Below are positions 50,318 to 64,000 of a DNA stretch of 64,000 bases, piece by piece. Numbering within the stretch: the first letter of the stretch is position 1; each line of letters begins with the position of its first letter. The DNA is from Malacoraja senta (Eukaryota): NCBI GenBank assembly GCA_038087875.1, contig CM075978.1, forward strand, positions 41,664,001 through 41,728,000, in the 5' to 3' direction. Under the pieces are notes generated by a model, which saw only the letters and a program-made list of their open reading frames with translations, searched no databases and was not told the origin of the DNA. The position numbers were made by a program, and so were the translations under genes.

Positions 50318-50812
50318 GATTTCTCTAATTTCAGGCATTCCTTGCATTCCCTCTCTCTCTGCCTCACCCCCAACTTAGTCATCCTGCTGGTTCCACTGTT
50401 CGCATTCATATACCCTTTCGTGATCACCTCTTCCACAGCCAACAATGGACCATTGTGGCTCCATCTTTCCTTGGTTATTGGTGCCGGCTCTGATTTGTTT
50501 TGAACCTTTTCATACCTCTAGTTTCATGTTCCCCTGACTCTCAGTCTCAAGAAGGGTCTCAACTGAAATGTCACTCGTCCAAGTTCTCCAGAGATGCTGC
50601 CTGACCTGCTGAGTTACTCCAGCAGATAGACACAAACTGCTGGAGTAACTCAGTGGAGTCAGGCAGCATCTCTGGAAATAAATAGGTGTCATTTCCGTTG
50701 AGACCCTTCTTCAGACTGAGAGTCAGGGGAACATGAAACTAGAGGTATGAAAAGGTTCAAAACAAATCAGAGCCGGCACCAATAACCAAGGAAAGGTGGA
50801 GCCACAATGGTC
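50318..50812. mobile_element. Tail-to-tail inverted pair of Penelope pLTR fragments
   Basis: Arms 50448-50625 and 50637-50812 are reverse complements separated by an 11-nt spacer. Confidence 0.88.
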
Positions 50813-50818
50813 TGTTGT

Positions 50819-51763
50819 GGGTACACAAAAATGCTGGAGAAACTCAGCGGGTGCAGCAGCATCTATGGAGCGAAGGAAATAGGCAACGTTTCGGGCCGAA
50901 ACCCTTCTTCAGACTGATAGGGGGTGGGGAGAAGAAAGGAAAAAAGGAAAAAGGCGGAGGAGGAGCCCGAGGGCTGGGGGAGGGGAGGAGACAACCAGAG
51001 GGCTGATGAAGGGGAGGGGACAGCAAGGGCTAGCAGAATTGGGAGAATTCAATGTTCAAGCCCCCAGGATGTAGACTGCCCAAGCGGAATATGAGGTGCA
51101 TTTCCTCCAATTTACGGTGTTGCTCGCTGTGGCCATGGAGGAGACCCAGGACAGAGAGGTCAGATACGGAATGGGAGGGGGAGTTGAAGTGCTGAGCCAC
51201 CGGGAGGTCAAGTTGGTTACTGCGGACCGACCGGAGGTGTTCGGCGAAACGATCGCCAAGCCTCCGCTTGGTCTCACCGATGTAGATCAGCTGGCATCTA
51301 GAGCAGCGGATGCAATAGATGACGTTGGAGGAGATGCAGGTGAACCTCTGTCGCACCTGGAACGACTGCTTGGGTCCTTGAATGGAGTCGAGGGGGGAGG
51401 TGAAGGGACAAGTGTTGCATCTCTTGCGGTTGCAAGGGAAAGTACCAGGGGAGGGGGTGGTATGGGAGGGAAGGGAAGAATTGACAAGGGAGTTACGGAG
51501 GGAGCGGTCTTTGCGGAAGGCAGACATGGGGGGAGATGGGAAGATGTGGCGAGTGGTGGGGTCACGTTGGAGGTGGCGAAACTGACGGAGGATCACTTGT
51601 TGTATGTGACGGCTGGTGGGGTGAAAGGTGAGGACTAGGGGGACTCTGCCTTTGTTGTGAGTGGGGGGATGGGGAGAGAGAGCAGTGTTGCGGGGTATGG
51701 CAGAGACCCTGGTGCGAGCCTCATCTATGGTGGAGGAGGGGAACCCCCGTTCCCTGAAGAATG
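50819..51763 (-). mobile_element. 5'-truncated Penelope-like element (Neptune-type): RT thumb/linker, Cys motif, GIY-YIG endonuclease and 3' pLTR
   Basis: Uninterrupted frame 51763-51030 with CNRKRCNTC, VIYCIRCSRCQLIYIGET, RFAEH, HFN and GLN motifs; 3' terminal repeat carries a hammerhead motif. Confidence 0.92.
50885..50912 (-). ncRNA. Minimal type I hammerhead ribozyme-like motif in a Penelope pLTR
   Basis: CUGAAGA-A-GGGU(UUCG)GCCC-GAAA-CG-UU; palindromic AACGUU replaces helix III; helix I pairing weak. Confidence 0.6.
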
Positions 51764-51840
51764 TTGTGGATTGGATGTGGAAGAGGCAAAGTGAATGGAG
51801 AATACTTTGCATCTCCCATTATCATCATATTTGCCTCATC

Positions 51841-51942
51841 CATCTGTGTTCCCCAGAGATGCTGCCTGATCCGCTGACTTACTCCAGCACTATGTGTCCT
51901 ATTGCGTATTAACCAGCATCTGCAGCTCCTTGTTTCCACACA
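51841..51942 (+). mobile_element. Penelope pLTR terminal fragment
   Basis: ccagagatgctgcctgatccgctgacttactccagcac...aaccagcatctgcag. Confidence 0.75.
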
Positions 51943-52784
51943 ACAAGAAGTTACCAACCTTTCAAACATTCAGGGCAATTAGTGGAGAATATGGGCGATT
52001 AAAGATTTGTATGCAAGGCAATTAGTGGGGAAATTAACGCTTACAAAGAAATAAATTTCAACGGTGATGCAAGTCTGTGTGTGAACACACACAGGGCCTG
52101 GCTTAACCGTGCTGTAAAACTAGAGCCTACTAAAGTCACCGTGAAATTAGATGCTGGATAAAAGTTTGAGAGTGAGTTCTAAAGGGATAACAATCCCAAT
52201 ATTTCTGGGGTAGGTGCAGGGGAGGGTGAAAATACGAGTTCTGAAGAGGTGCTGATGAATTTAACAACAGCTCTTTATTCTGGTTAATTTCTTCATACTC
52301 CAAGTTGACCGATCAACAGAGTAATGCGCTAACCAGCTGTAGGACAGTCACAGAAAGCCAGCCAGGGAGATGCTGGGCACCCTTAGCAACCTGGAGGGAG
52401 GTGGGGTGCAAGATAAAGTCTGGGATGAATGGGAATCAGAGGGTATTATTAGCCAGGGGGGTGAAGAAAGAAGCACTCAGGCTGAGAAGGAAAAATAATG
52501 TTCTGGGTTGGGAAACAAAGCAATCAGGAGAGAGATTGCTGGAATTCATGGGGGTAAGAGATGGGAAGAGAGAGACTTTTTTGGAAATGGCCAGAAATCA
52601 CATTCTGCTGTGAAGAACTGGAGAGGAAGAGAGAATTAACAAAAAGAGTGAAAGGAATGCTGATTCTGGAACTGGAGGGTAGATGGCCTCCATCATGGCG
52701 TGGTGCAGAGATTGGCGATTGGGAGGGAAGAGTTGTTGGGCGGTCTGGAGCTGGAGTGTTGGAGAAGAGAGAATATTCCTCCCC

Positions 52785-53199
52785 ATGCAACTGAATCCTT
52801 GACCTCATCAGTTGCCCTCAATTGTTATGAATTGAGAACAATATCTCCTCGTTGCTGAACATCGGCACAGGGCCAACTCAGGGCTGTGTGCTCACTCCCC
52901 TATTCTACTCTCTCTCTCTCTACCCATGACTGTGGAGCCAGATGCAGCTCCAAAGCAGTCTTTCAATTTGCCGATGATACCACCAGCGTTGGAAGAATTT
53001 TGAGTAATGACGAGTCAAAGTAGAGGAGGGAGATCAATAACCTGGTTGAGTGGTGCTAGAACATTAGCAAGACCAAGGAGCTGACTGCTGACTTCAGAAA
53101 GGGAAACCTGAGAAAACGTCCACCCATCCTCATTGGCGGGACAGTTTTGGAGAGAGTCAACAGTTTCAAGTTCTTGAGCGTACACACCTCTGATGATCT
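52785..53199 (+). mobile_element. Rex1/Babar RT fragment (decayed)
   Basis: TG..QGCVLTPLFYSL..THDC...FQFADDTTSVGRILSNDES..RREINNLVEWC with stops. Confidence 0.82.
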
Positions 53200-53582
53200 C
53201 ATAGGTTCATAAGTTCTAGGAGCAGAATTAAGCCATTTGGCCCATCAAGTCTACGCCGCCATTCAACCAGGGTTGATCTATCTTTCCCTCTCAACCCCAT
53301 TCTCCTCCCTTCGCCCCATAACCCCTGATACCCTTAGTATGCAAAAAGAATTTCACTGTGCAGTTGCATATGTGACAAATAAAGCACCTTTGAAACATTT
53401 AAGAATCTGTCAATCTATGCCTTCAAAATATCCATTGACTAGGCCTCCACATCTGTCTGTGGCAATGAATTCTACAGATTCACCACCTTCTGACCAAAGA
53501 AGTTCCTCCTCATCTCCTTCCTAAAGGTACGTCCTCTTGACCTTCCTCTGGAAACATCCTCTCCACATCCACTCTCTCCTGG
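53200..53582 (-). mobile_element. CR1/HER1-type 3' end with a ~60-bp Rex1-type tail inserted (53337-53395)
   Basis: Same 3' UTR family; insert gtatgcaaaaagaatttcactgtg...tgtgacaaataaag. Confidence 0.8.
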
Positions 53583-53763
53583 CATCAACCATGATCTGAG
53601 GGAATACAGCACTGTTGAAGAAGCTGTATTGACGATGAGAATTTAAATCCTGGTGCTGTCTGTCCTCTTCAGTGGGGTTAAGACATTTCAGGTTCACTTT
53701 GAAGAATAGAAAAATTATGTTGGTCCCCTGGCCAATATGTAGGAACAATCAATATCACCAAGG

Positions 53764-54370
53764 CATAGGAAGGAACTGCAGATGCTGGTTTAAACCAAAG
53801 ATGGACACAAAAAGCTGGAGTAACTCAGCGGGTCTGACAGCATCTCTGGAGAAAAGAAATACGTGCCATTTCAGGTCGAGACCCTTCTTCAGACTGAGGG
53901 GAAAGTGAAACAATGGATATAGACGGTGATATTGAGAGATATGGAACAAATGAATGAAAGATATGCAAAAAAGTAACGATGATAAAGGAAACAGGCCATT
54001 GTTAACTGTGGGCAAGGTGAAAACGAGTTACCGACAATGACACTCACCAGGGCAGCAATGAAACCAGGGTGCAGCGACTAGGGTGGGTAAAGATGGAGAG
54101 AGAAGGGATGAAAGAGTTAGTTGAAATTAGAGAAATCAATAGTTATACCGTTGGGTTGTAAGCTGTCCAAACAAAATATGAGGTGCTGTTCCTCCAATTT
54201 GCGTTTGGCCTCTCTGACAATGGAGGAGGCCCAGGACAGAAAGGTCAATGTGGGAAGGGGAAGGGGAGTTAAAGTGTTTGACAACCAGAAGATCAGGTAG
54301 GCCCAGGCGGACTAAGTGAAGGTGTTCAGTGAAATGGTCATCCAGTCTACGTTTGGTCTCGCTGATGTAT
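53764..54370 (-). mobile_element. Penelope-like element 3' fragment (GIY-YIG C-terminus plus pLTR), degraded
   Basis: Minus-strand YISETKRRL... and KLEEQHLIF remnants followed by the same terminal repeat family. Confidence 0.85.
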
Positions 54371-54701
54371 GAGTCTTAGGTTGTTTTTGGTCTCCTAATT
54401 GCCTTTGTCAGTTTCTGGTTTAGTTTGGAAAAGGCCTTTGGTCCACCAAGTCCATGCTGACCAGCAATCACCCATATACCAGTTCTATCTTGCCGGATTG
54501 ATATAAAGGAGCATAACTCCATGAGGCCCTGACATTATGTTTTGTTACAACAAAATAAATAGAAGTTAAGCATGTCCCACTGGGTTTCATTTTTCAAGTA
54601 GATCTTCCTTTTACGTGAGAGTGTGCAACGGATGGCAGGGACAAGACTGACTGTTTTAGACCTCGCCCAACTTTAATTTCCTTTGACTCCAATGCAAATT
54701 G

Positions 54702-54977
54702 TGGGCTGCACAGTGTCGCAATAGTAGAGTTGTTGCCTCAGTGCCAGAGACCTGGGTTCGATCCTGACTACTAATGCTCATCTGTACAGAGTTTGTACGT
54801 TCTCCCTTTGGGCTTTCTCCGGGTGCTCCAGTTTCTCCCCACATTCCAAAGACAAGTTAATTGGCTTCTGTAAAATTGTCCCTAGTGTGTAGGATATAAC
54901 TAATGTATGGAGATTGCTGGTCAACGAGGACTCGGTGGGCCGAGGGCCTGTTTCCGTGCTGGATTTCTAAAACTAAA
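54702..54977 (+). mobile_element. V-SINE
   Basis: Head, core and tail. Confidence 0.85.
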
Positions 54978-55609
54978 GGGGATTGTCTCCTCTTACTCTG
55001 ATTTATCATATTTACCTCAGTCTGCCGGCAGATCCTTTCTCCATCTACTAAATCAGCAAGTACTTACAATTATAAGCCAAAAATAATAGCAATAATCAAT
55101 GAGCATTTACAAAAAAAAGAAAAAAACATGGAATATCGTTGAAAATCTATGTCTACACCATGTTATTCAAACCATTTTTTTACATTTCTGCACCTGTAAC
55201 TTCTCATCATAAATCTTTGAGCCCTTTGTAAAATCTCTCATAAAAAGTACCGAGAGATTGTAATGAGGGTTTAAAAGGAAGAATCGCATTGAGAGAGTCC
55301 AAGATATAAAGTTGCAGTTGCTGTTAAACAACTGTAAGTTTCTGTTTAAGTAACCATATCTATATGATTCAGATACCAAAACCATTTCATTAGCAGTCTC
55401 ATGCCTTATGTTAACTGTGTAATTGTGAAATATTGCCATGGACTAAAGGTATCAGGTGAAAGCATTAACCACCTGTAAGGCTTTACTTCAAATGCTAATT
55501 GCAAAAGGTAGTACAGAAGACTGACTAATGTATCAAAATCTTTTTGACCTCTTTCTCTTTTACCTTGTCCTGAAGCCATGTTTCCTTGATAGAGTTGACA
55601 CAAAGTAGC

Positions 55610-56689
55610 CTACTGACCGACTACTGATAGACTACTGACCGACATCCACTATAAACCCACTGACTCCCATGGCTATCTGGACTACACTTCTTCCCACCCT
55701 GCTTCCTGTAAGGACTCCATCCCCTACTCCCAATTCCTCCGTCTACGCCACATCTGCACCCAGGATGAGGTGTTCCACACCAGGGCATCGGAGATGTCCT
55801 CATTCTTCAGAGAATGGGGGTTCCCCTCTTCTACTATAGATGAGGCTCTCACCAGGGTCTCTTCTATACCCTGTGACTCTGCTCTCACTCCCCATCTTCC
55901 CACTCGTAACAAGGGCAGAGTCCACCCTTGTCCTCACCTTCCACCCTACCAGCCATCACATACAACAAATAATCCTCCGACATTTTCGCCACCTCCAAAG
56001 TGATTCCACCACTTGCCACATCTTCCCATCTCCTCCCTTGTCTGCTTTCCGCAGAAACCGCTCCCTCCGTAACTCCCTGGTCAATTCGTCCCTTCCCACC
56101 CCCTCTCCAGGCACTTTCCCTTACAACCGCAGGAAATGCTACACTTGTCGCTTTACCTCCCCCCTTGACTCCATTCAAGGACCCAAGCAGTCTTTCCAGG
56201 TATTCACCTGCACCGCCTCCAACCTCATCTATTGCATCCGCTGCTCTAGATGTCAGCTGCTCTACATCGGTGAGAGCAAGCGTAGGCTTGGCGATCGCTT
56301 CGCTGAACACCTCCGCTCAGTTTGCAATAACCAACCTGATCTCCCGGTGGCTCAGCACTTCAACTCCCCCTCCCATTCCAAATCCGACCTTTCTGTCCTG
56401 GGCCTCCTCCATGGCCAGAGGACCACCGGAAATTGGAGGAGCAGCATCTCATATTTTGCATCCCCGCGGTAAGAACATTGACTTCTCTAATTTCAGGTTG
56501 TCCCTACTTTCTCCTCCCCTTCTCAGCTCTCCCTCAGCCCACTAGCTCCACCACTTCCTTTCTTCTTCCCGCCCTCTCCCCCACCCTCACATCAGTCCAA
56601 AGAAGGGTCTCGACCCGAAACGTGGCCTATTTCCTTCGCTCCATAGATGCTGCCTCATCCGCTGAGTTTCTCCAGCATTTTTGTCTACC
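55610..56689 (+). mobile_element. 5'-truncated, frameshifted Penelope-like element (RT C-terminus, GIY-YIG, pLTR)
   Basis: YKPTDSHGYLDYTSSHP...IPYSQFLRL...; LIYCIRCSRCQLLYIGES; clearly homologous to the 50819-51763 copy; frameshifts near 55920 and 56420. Confidence 0.92.
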
Positions 56690-56691
56690 AA

Positions 56692-56787
56692 CAGACACAA
56701 AGTGCTGGAGTAACTCAGCGGGTCAGGCAGCATCTCTGGAGAAAAAGGATAGGTGACGTCTCGGGTCAGGACCCTTCTTCAGACTGA
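56692..56787 (-). mobile_element. Penelope pLTR fragment, tail-to-tail with the 55610-56689 copy
   Basis: cagacacaaagtgctggagtaactcagcgggtcagg...acccttcttcagactga. Confidence 0.8.
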
Positions 56788-56839
56788 CCGTTTGAGTCTG
56801 TCAGGAACTGACTGTTCCTGGTAACGGACAGCACATCTG

Positions 56840-57172
56840 ACAGCTGGCAGACCTGCTGCCTCACAGCTCCAGCGATCCGGGTTCAATCCTGACTTCAGGT
56901 GCTGTCTCTGTGATATGTGCAAGTTCTTCTTCACCCAAGTTTCTCCTGGGCACTCCAGCTTCCTCCCACATCCTAAAACATCTGGACTGGCAGATTATTT
57001 GGGAATTGCTAAGTGCACCTAATTTATAGGAGAGTGGTAGAATCTGGAGGGAATTTCTGGGAATATACGGAGAATAAAGTGGGATTAGTGTAGGATAAGT
57101 GCAAATGTGGGTTTGATGGCCACTGTGGACTCAGCGAGTCCAAGGGCCAGTTTACATGCTGTATGACTCTGT
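56840..57172 (+). mobile_element. V-SINE, older subfamily
   Basis: ctgctgcctcacagctccagcgatccgggttcaatcctgac head and family tail. Confidence 0.78.
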
Positions 57173-58057
57173 AAGCATAAGGTGAGTTCACGACTGGATG
57201 GGTTGGGGAGGGAAAGTGAGAGAAATTTAAACTTGCTCTAGCTCTCAGTGCACCATGCAGTGGGGATTACGAGATCAGGAAATCAGGAGAGAAATCTCTG
57301 GCAATTTTTTCCCTCCCCATGAAGGCCTCAGGATGCTGAAGTCATCTGCACTGTCTGAATACCAGGCTGCTGTAGATAAAATACAAAGCCACTGCAGCTG
57401 GAGGTTAAACCTGGAACCTGATCAGCGTTCCTCGCTTCCACATCCATGTGGTATATTAACCCAGCCGGCTATTAAGATTTTGCATTTTATCAATCTCTGA
57501 CAACCACACAAATATTTGTACATGTACCATGAATTATTCAGCGCAATTGTTCAAATCCAAAGACACCCACGTTAAATGTCATTTAGGGAGAAACAATCAA
57601 ATCAAAGACTGGGTCTTACTTCTAAGAATCTACATTGACATATGCTTCAGCAAACCCATCCAGTTAATGTTACATTCCCCAATTTAATATCCATAACAAC
57701 TCAATGAGATTTGATATTACATTCATGACTTTGCAAAAAAAAGGCTGTTTACCAACCAAGCGTTTGAATTTGCAGGTGGAAAATACTGTTGCCATAGTTT
57801 GCTTGCAGCAGGAATGAAATAATACATTTTGATTAAAGGTATTCAGGTGATGACAAGAGCTGTACACTTCAGCGCACATGCTGTTATAAAGGAAGCAGCT
57901 GCTTCACAGCTGTAGCTCTGGACCCATATACAGTACAAGGCATCTCTGATCTTTCAGTAGATGCAATGACTCAACAACTACATCTTGGTTCACATTAAAG
58001 CCAATGTGACTAAACAAATGTTGCAACTTTTTGTTTCAGATAGGAATAATCTTTATT

Positions 58058-58256
58058 TGTGTATATATAATCTTTATATATATATATATGTGAGTGTCTG
58101 TGTGTGTGTGTGTGTGTGTAAACACACACATTTATAAATTTATATATGTGTGTTATAATCCACACACATATAATACACATACGTAATACACATATAATAT
58201 GTATACATTTATATATACATGCATTTATATAACATTTATATCTATATGTGTGTTTA
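58058..58256. repeat. Compound (TA)n/(TG)n/(CA)n microsatellite
   Basis: Directly visible dinucleotide runs. Confidence 0.95.
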
Positions 58257-58711
58257 CAGTTATTTTAGCAGAAAATCCTTCTTGTTGTTAGCCGGCAATG
58301 AGAAAATGTAAGAAAATTAATAGGTGATGGACAAAAGTCTCCTTATGGGTGTATGGGAACCAATAGTTTTTGAAGGCATTGATGATAAAAAATAAATAAC
58401 TAAAGGAAAATACAGAAGGCAAAGAATGACAATTAAGGGGCTGAATGCTCCCATGTACTTGCTGGTCTCAATGGATTGGGATGGAGTGGGGGTTGCTGAT
58501 GTCTATTACACCAGAGCACATCATTTACCTCCATCTTGCCCACTAATATGTAAGGCCTTGCTTGGGACACCGTATGGTCAATGATGGCAGGGACAGGCAA
58601 GTCCAGGATAAGTGGTACTCATTTTTTCCGTTCACCAATATATTAATTTGACATGAGTTGAATTTCACATAAAACGATCCTCTGCTGAATATCAGGCTTT
58701 TCTTTCTCATG

Positions 58712-58941
58712 TTACACAAAGGGTGGTGGGTATATGGAATGAGCTGCCGGAGGTGGGTGTTGAGGCAGGTAATATCGCAACATTTAACAAGCGTGTTGAT
58801 AGATAAATGGATAGAATAGTTTTAGAGGGATACGGGCCAAACACAGGCAGGTGAGACTAGAATAGATGGGCCATGATGGTCGGAGTTGGCAAGTTGGGCC
58901 AAAGGGCCTGTTTCCACGCTGTATGATTCTTTGTCTATGAC
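58712..58941 (+). mobile_element. CR1/HER1-type 3' end
   Basis: TQRVVGIWNELPEVGVEAG...; tail gggcctgtttccacgctgtatga. Confidence 0.82.
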
Positions 58942-59199
58942 TGGAGCCCTAGAGGATGAGCTGCACCTATTTTAGGATTGGTGAAATCTTGTTGTGTTTG
59001 ATACAACTACTAAATTGTGCTCTCAGAAAAATCACAGTAAAATTGGTTAATGGCCACAGACATGGGTTAAACAGGACATCTGTTTCTCAATTCAGATCAG
59101 CTCCAAAAATATTGTTGCACATCAGGGAAGTACATCACACTTTTATAGCATTTCACTGCCTCCTTGATACTTGTGTGACTATTGCACTCCTCTCCGCTC

Positions 59200-59397
59200 C
59201 TCTTATCCGACACCCTTTGTCTCTTACTCCAACCATCTGCCAATCAACTCCCCCTCCCTCACATGTATGCATCTATCACTTGGCAGGCTTTCACCTGTAC
59301 CCACCTCTTTTTTCAACTTTCTCCCCCCCCCCCCCCCCCATCCAATCAGTCTGAAGAAGGATCCCAGCCTAAAGCATCGCTTGTCCATTCCTTCCAC
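59200..59397 (+). mobile_element. Degraded Penelope pLTR fragment
   Basis: Pyrimidine-rich tract, poly-C, then aatcagtctgaagaagg. Confidence 0.65.
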
Positions 59398-59747
59398 CAA
59401 TGGGCGGCACAGAAGCACAGCTGGTAGACCCCAACTTCCATGTGGAGTGATGATCCCACAGCACGGCTGTAATCATCCCACTGATCGTCACTCATCTCCA
59501 TGGCAAAAGCCTTGGAAAACCAATTGATCATGTGAAACTTCCCATGGGAAGTGGTGGCCTCTAAAATCTCTGTGTTGGAGTATGCTTTTCACTGATGGGC
59601 CCATTGTTGCTTCCCACTCTGACGTCCCACAACCACACAGAGTGGGCAGCCATGGCTACCACACTGCCTCCAGCCATGCAGTTTGCCAGCGGAGTTGCCA
59701 CCAACTCACCTACTGCATGAGTATCTTGTGAGCTAAATGTTGATGGT

Positions 59748-59970
59748 TTGGCACAGTGGTGTGGTCAGTAGAGCCGCCCGGTTGCAGTTGCTGCCTCAGA
59801 TCGCCAGAACCAGGTTCGTCCCTGACTACGGGTGCTGTATGTAAAGAGGTTGTATGTTCTCCCTGGGATCGTGTGGGTTTTGCCCAAGTGATCCTGGATC
59901 GTCCCACGTCCCACAGATGCATGGGTTTGTAGGTTATTTGGTCTCTGTAAATAACTTAAACTAATCCCCG
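59748..59970 (+). mobile_element. V-SINE, 3'-truncated
   Basis: Head and V-domain. Confidence 0.8.
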
Positions 59971-60337
59971 TCAGTGTAAGCACACCGAGCGGAGCTTCAA
60001 AGGGGCTTGAGCAGTTTATAGTTCATTTCTGAAACTGCTACTATGAGCAGGATCTCCCTTAAAATAGTAAGAAAAGCAACAAATGAACCCAAGGTGCTTC
60101 TAGTCTGAGTGAGACTGTCCCATAATTGTTGGGGAGTTAAGCTTTAAAGCTTCAATTTGTGTCACGCTGGGCAAAAATTTTGTCGACAGGATAATGGATG
60201 TCAGCGTGTGCTCCCTTCATACCTGCCTATGGTCAGGTCTGCAAATATCATTCAGATTGCCGATTGGTACGATTTCACCCAGAAGTAATCACCACCATGA
60301 TCCCTTCCTTGAAATATCAAATTGTTATATTAATATT

Positions 60338-60619
60338 GGGGCAGCACAGTGGTGCAGCGGTAGAATTGCTGCCTTACAGCACCAGAGACTTGGGTTTGAT
60401 CCTGACTATGCGTGCTGTTGGTAGAGTTTGTATGTTCTCCCTGTGACTGCGTGTGTTTTCTCCGGGTGCTCCGGTTTCCTCCCACATGCCAAAGATGTGC
60501 AGATTTGCAGGTTTATTGGTTTCTGTAAATTGTCCCTAGTGTGTAGGATAGAGTTAGTGTATGGAGTCATAGCTGGTCAGCGTGAATTTGGTGGGCCGAA
60601 GGGCCTGTTTTCAAGCTGT
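60338..60619 (+). mobile_element. V-SINE
   Basis: Full-length family copy. Confidence 0.88.
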
Positions 60620-61143
60620 AAAGACATCTATCTGACCCAGTTGCATAATATCTTCACTTTCCTATTGACTCAATGCTGAATTCAACATCCAAGATTGTCT
60701 CATCACAAAATGTGCAGTATTTGTTAACCTCTGTGTAAGAAATGCCCAGGAAGATTGTATGTAATGGGTTAGCAAAAATGAAATAGAAATTAGCAATATT
60801 CACAACTGAAGTATACATCTAAGCCAATAATAAAAAACAATAGATTGGAAACTTGACAGAAAATGACACCCCTGACCCTCTTGTTCGAAAAACATGCTCT
60901 CCCAGAAGCAGTTTTCAAAAAATATTTCTTTAACATTCAAGACCAGAAGTAATGTTGAATGATATTGAAAAAATGCTTCACTGTCTTATGTTCTTGTGAA
61001 GTTTGTCATCTGAGAGAGTATGTTTCGCAATGCCCATATAATCTCGCGCAGAGCAGTACTTTAATGAGTTGAACATCCAAAGAAACCAAAGAAAATGGAA
61101 CTCAATGTTCGCAGATTACAGAAACGTTTTCTCTTGAACTTTA

Positions 61144-64000
<2,857 letters not shown>

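Noticed and set aside
51096-51638. 180-aa plus-strand ORF (and the 141-aa ORF at 55885-56310)
   Set aside because: Antisense shadows of the Penelope coding frame
60338-60410. tRNA gene
   Set aside because: A/B boxes belong to V-SINE heads; no cloverleaf with an acceptor stem

Overview
This is eukaryotic genomic DNA from a cartilaginous fish, most likely a skate or ray, judged from its HE1-type V-SINEs and its CR1/HER1, Rex1 and Penelope repeats. The whole window lies inside a MEIS2 homeobox gene on the minus strand. Only two coding exons are present: 61346-61201 (146 bp) and 31908-31832 (77 bp), encoding the linker and most of the TALE homeodomain. The rest is intron, with repeat-dense blocks alternating with repeat-poor, homeodomain-motif-rich blocks (candidate conserved enhancers). 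Nearly all ORFs in the supplied track are spurious or are transposon fragments. The main discovery is two different short retroelements (12887-13020 minus, 15233-15407 plus), each flanked by an 11-bp target-site duplication and ending in an (AAG)n tail. Each begins exactly at the G1 cleavage nucleotide of a minimal HDV/CPEB3-type self-cleaving ribozyme. The two ribozymes share the catalytic core, while their P1, P2 and P3 stems differ by compensatory changes. One lies sense to the MEIS2 pre-mRNA. Also present are Penelope-like elements with GIY-YIG ORFs and minimal hammerhead motifs (often as inverted pairs, including a ~180-bp-arm hairpin), a solo LTR nested in a SINE nested in a decayed CR1, and a young Harbinger-type MITE. 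Repeat family names and comparisons to known RNAs come from sequence recognition, not from a database search, and repeat boundaries are approximate unless a TSD is given.
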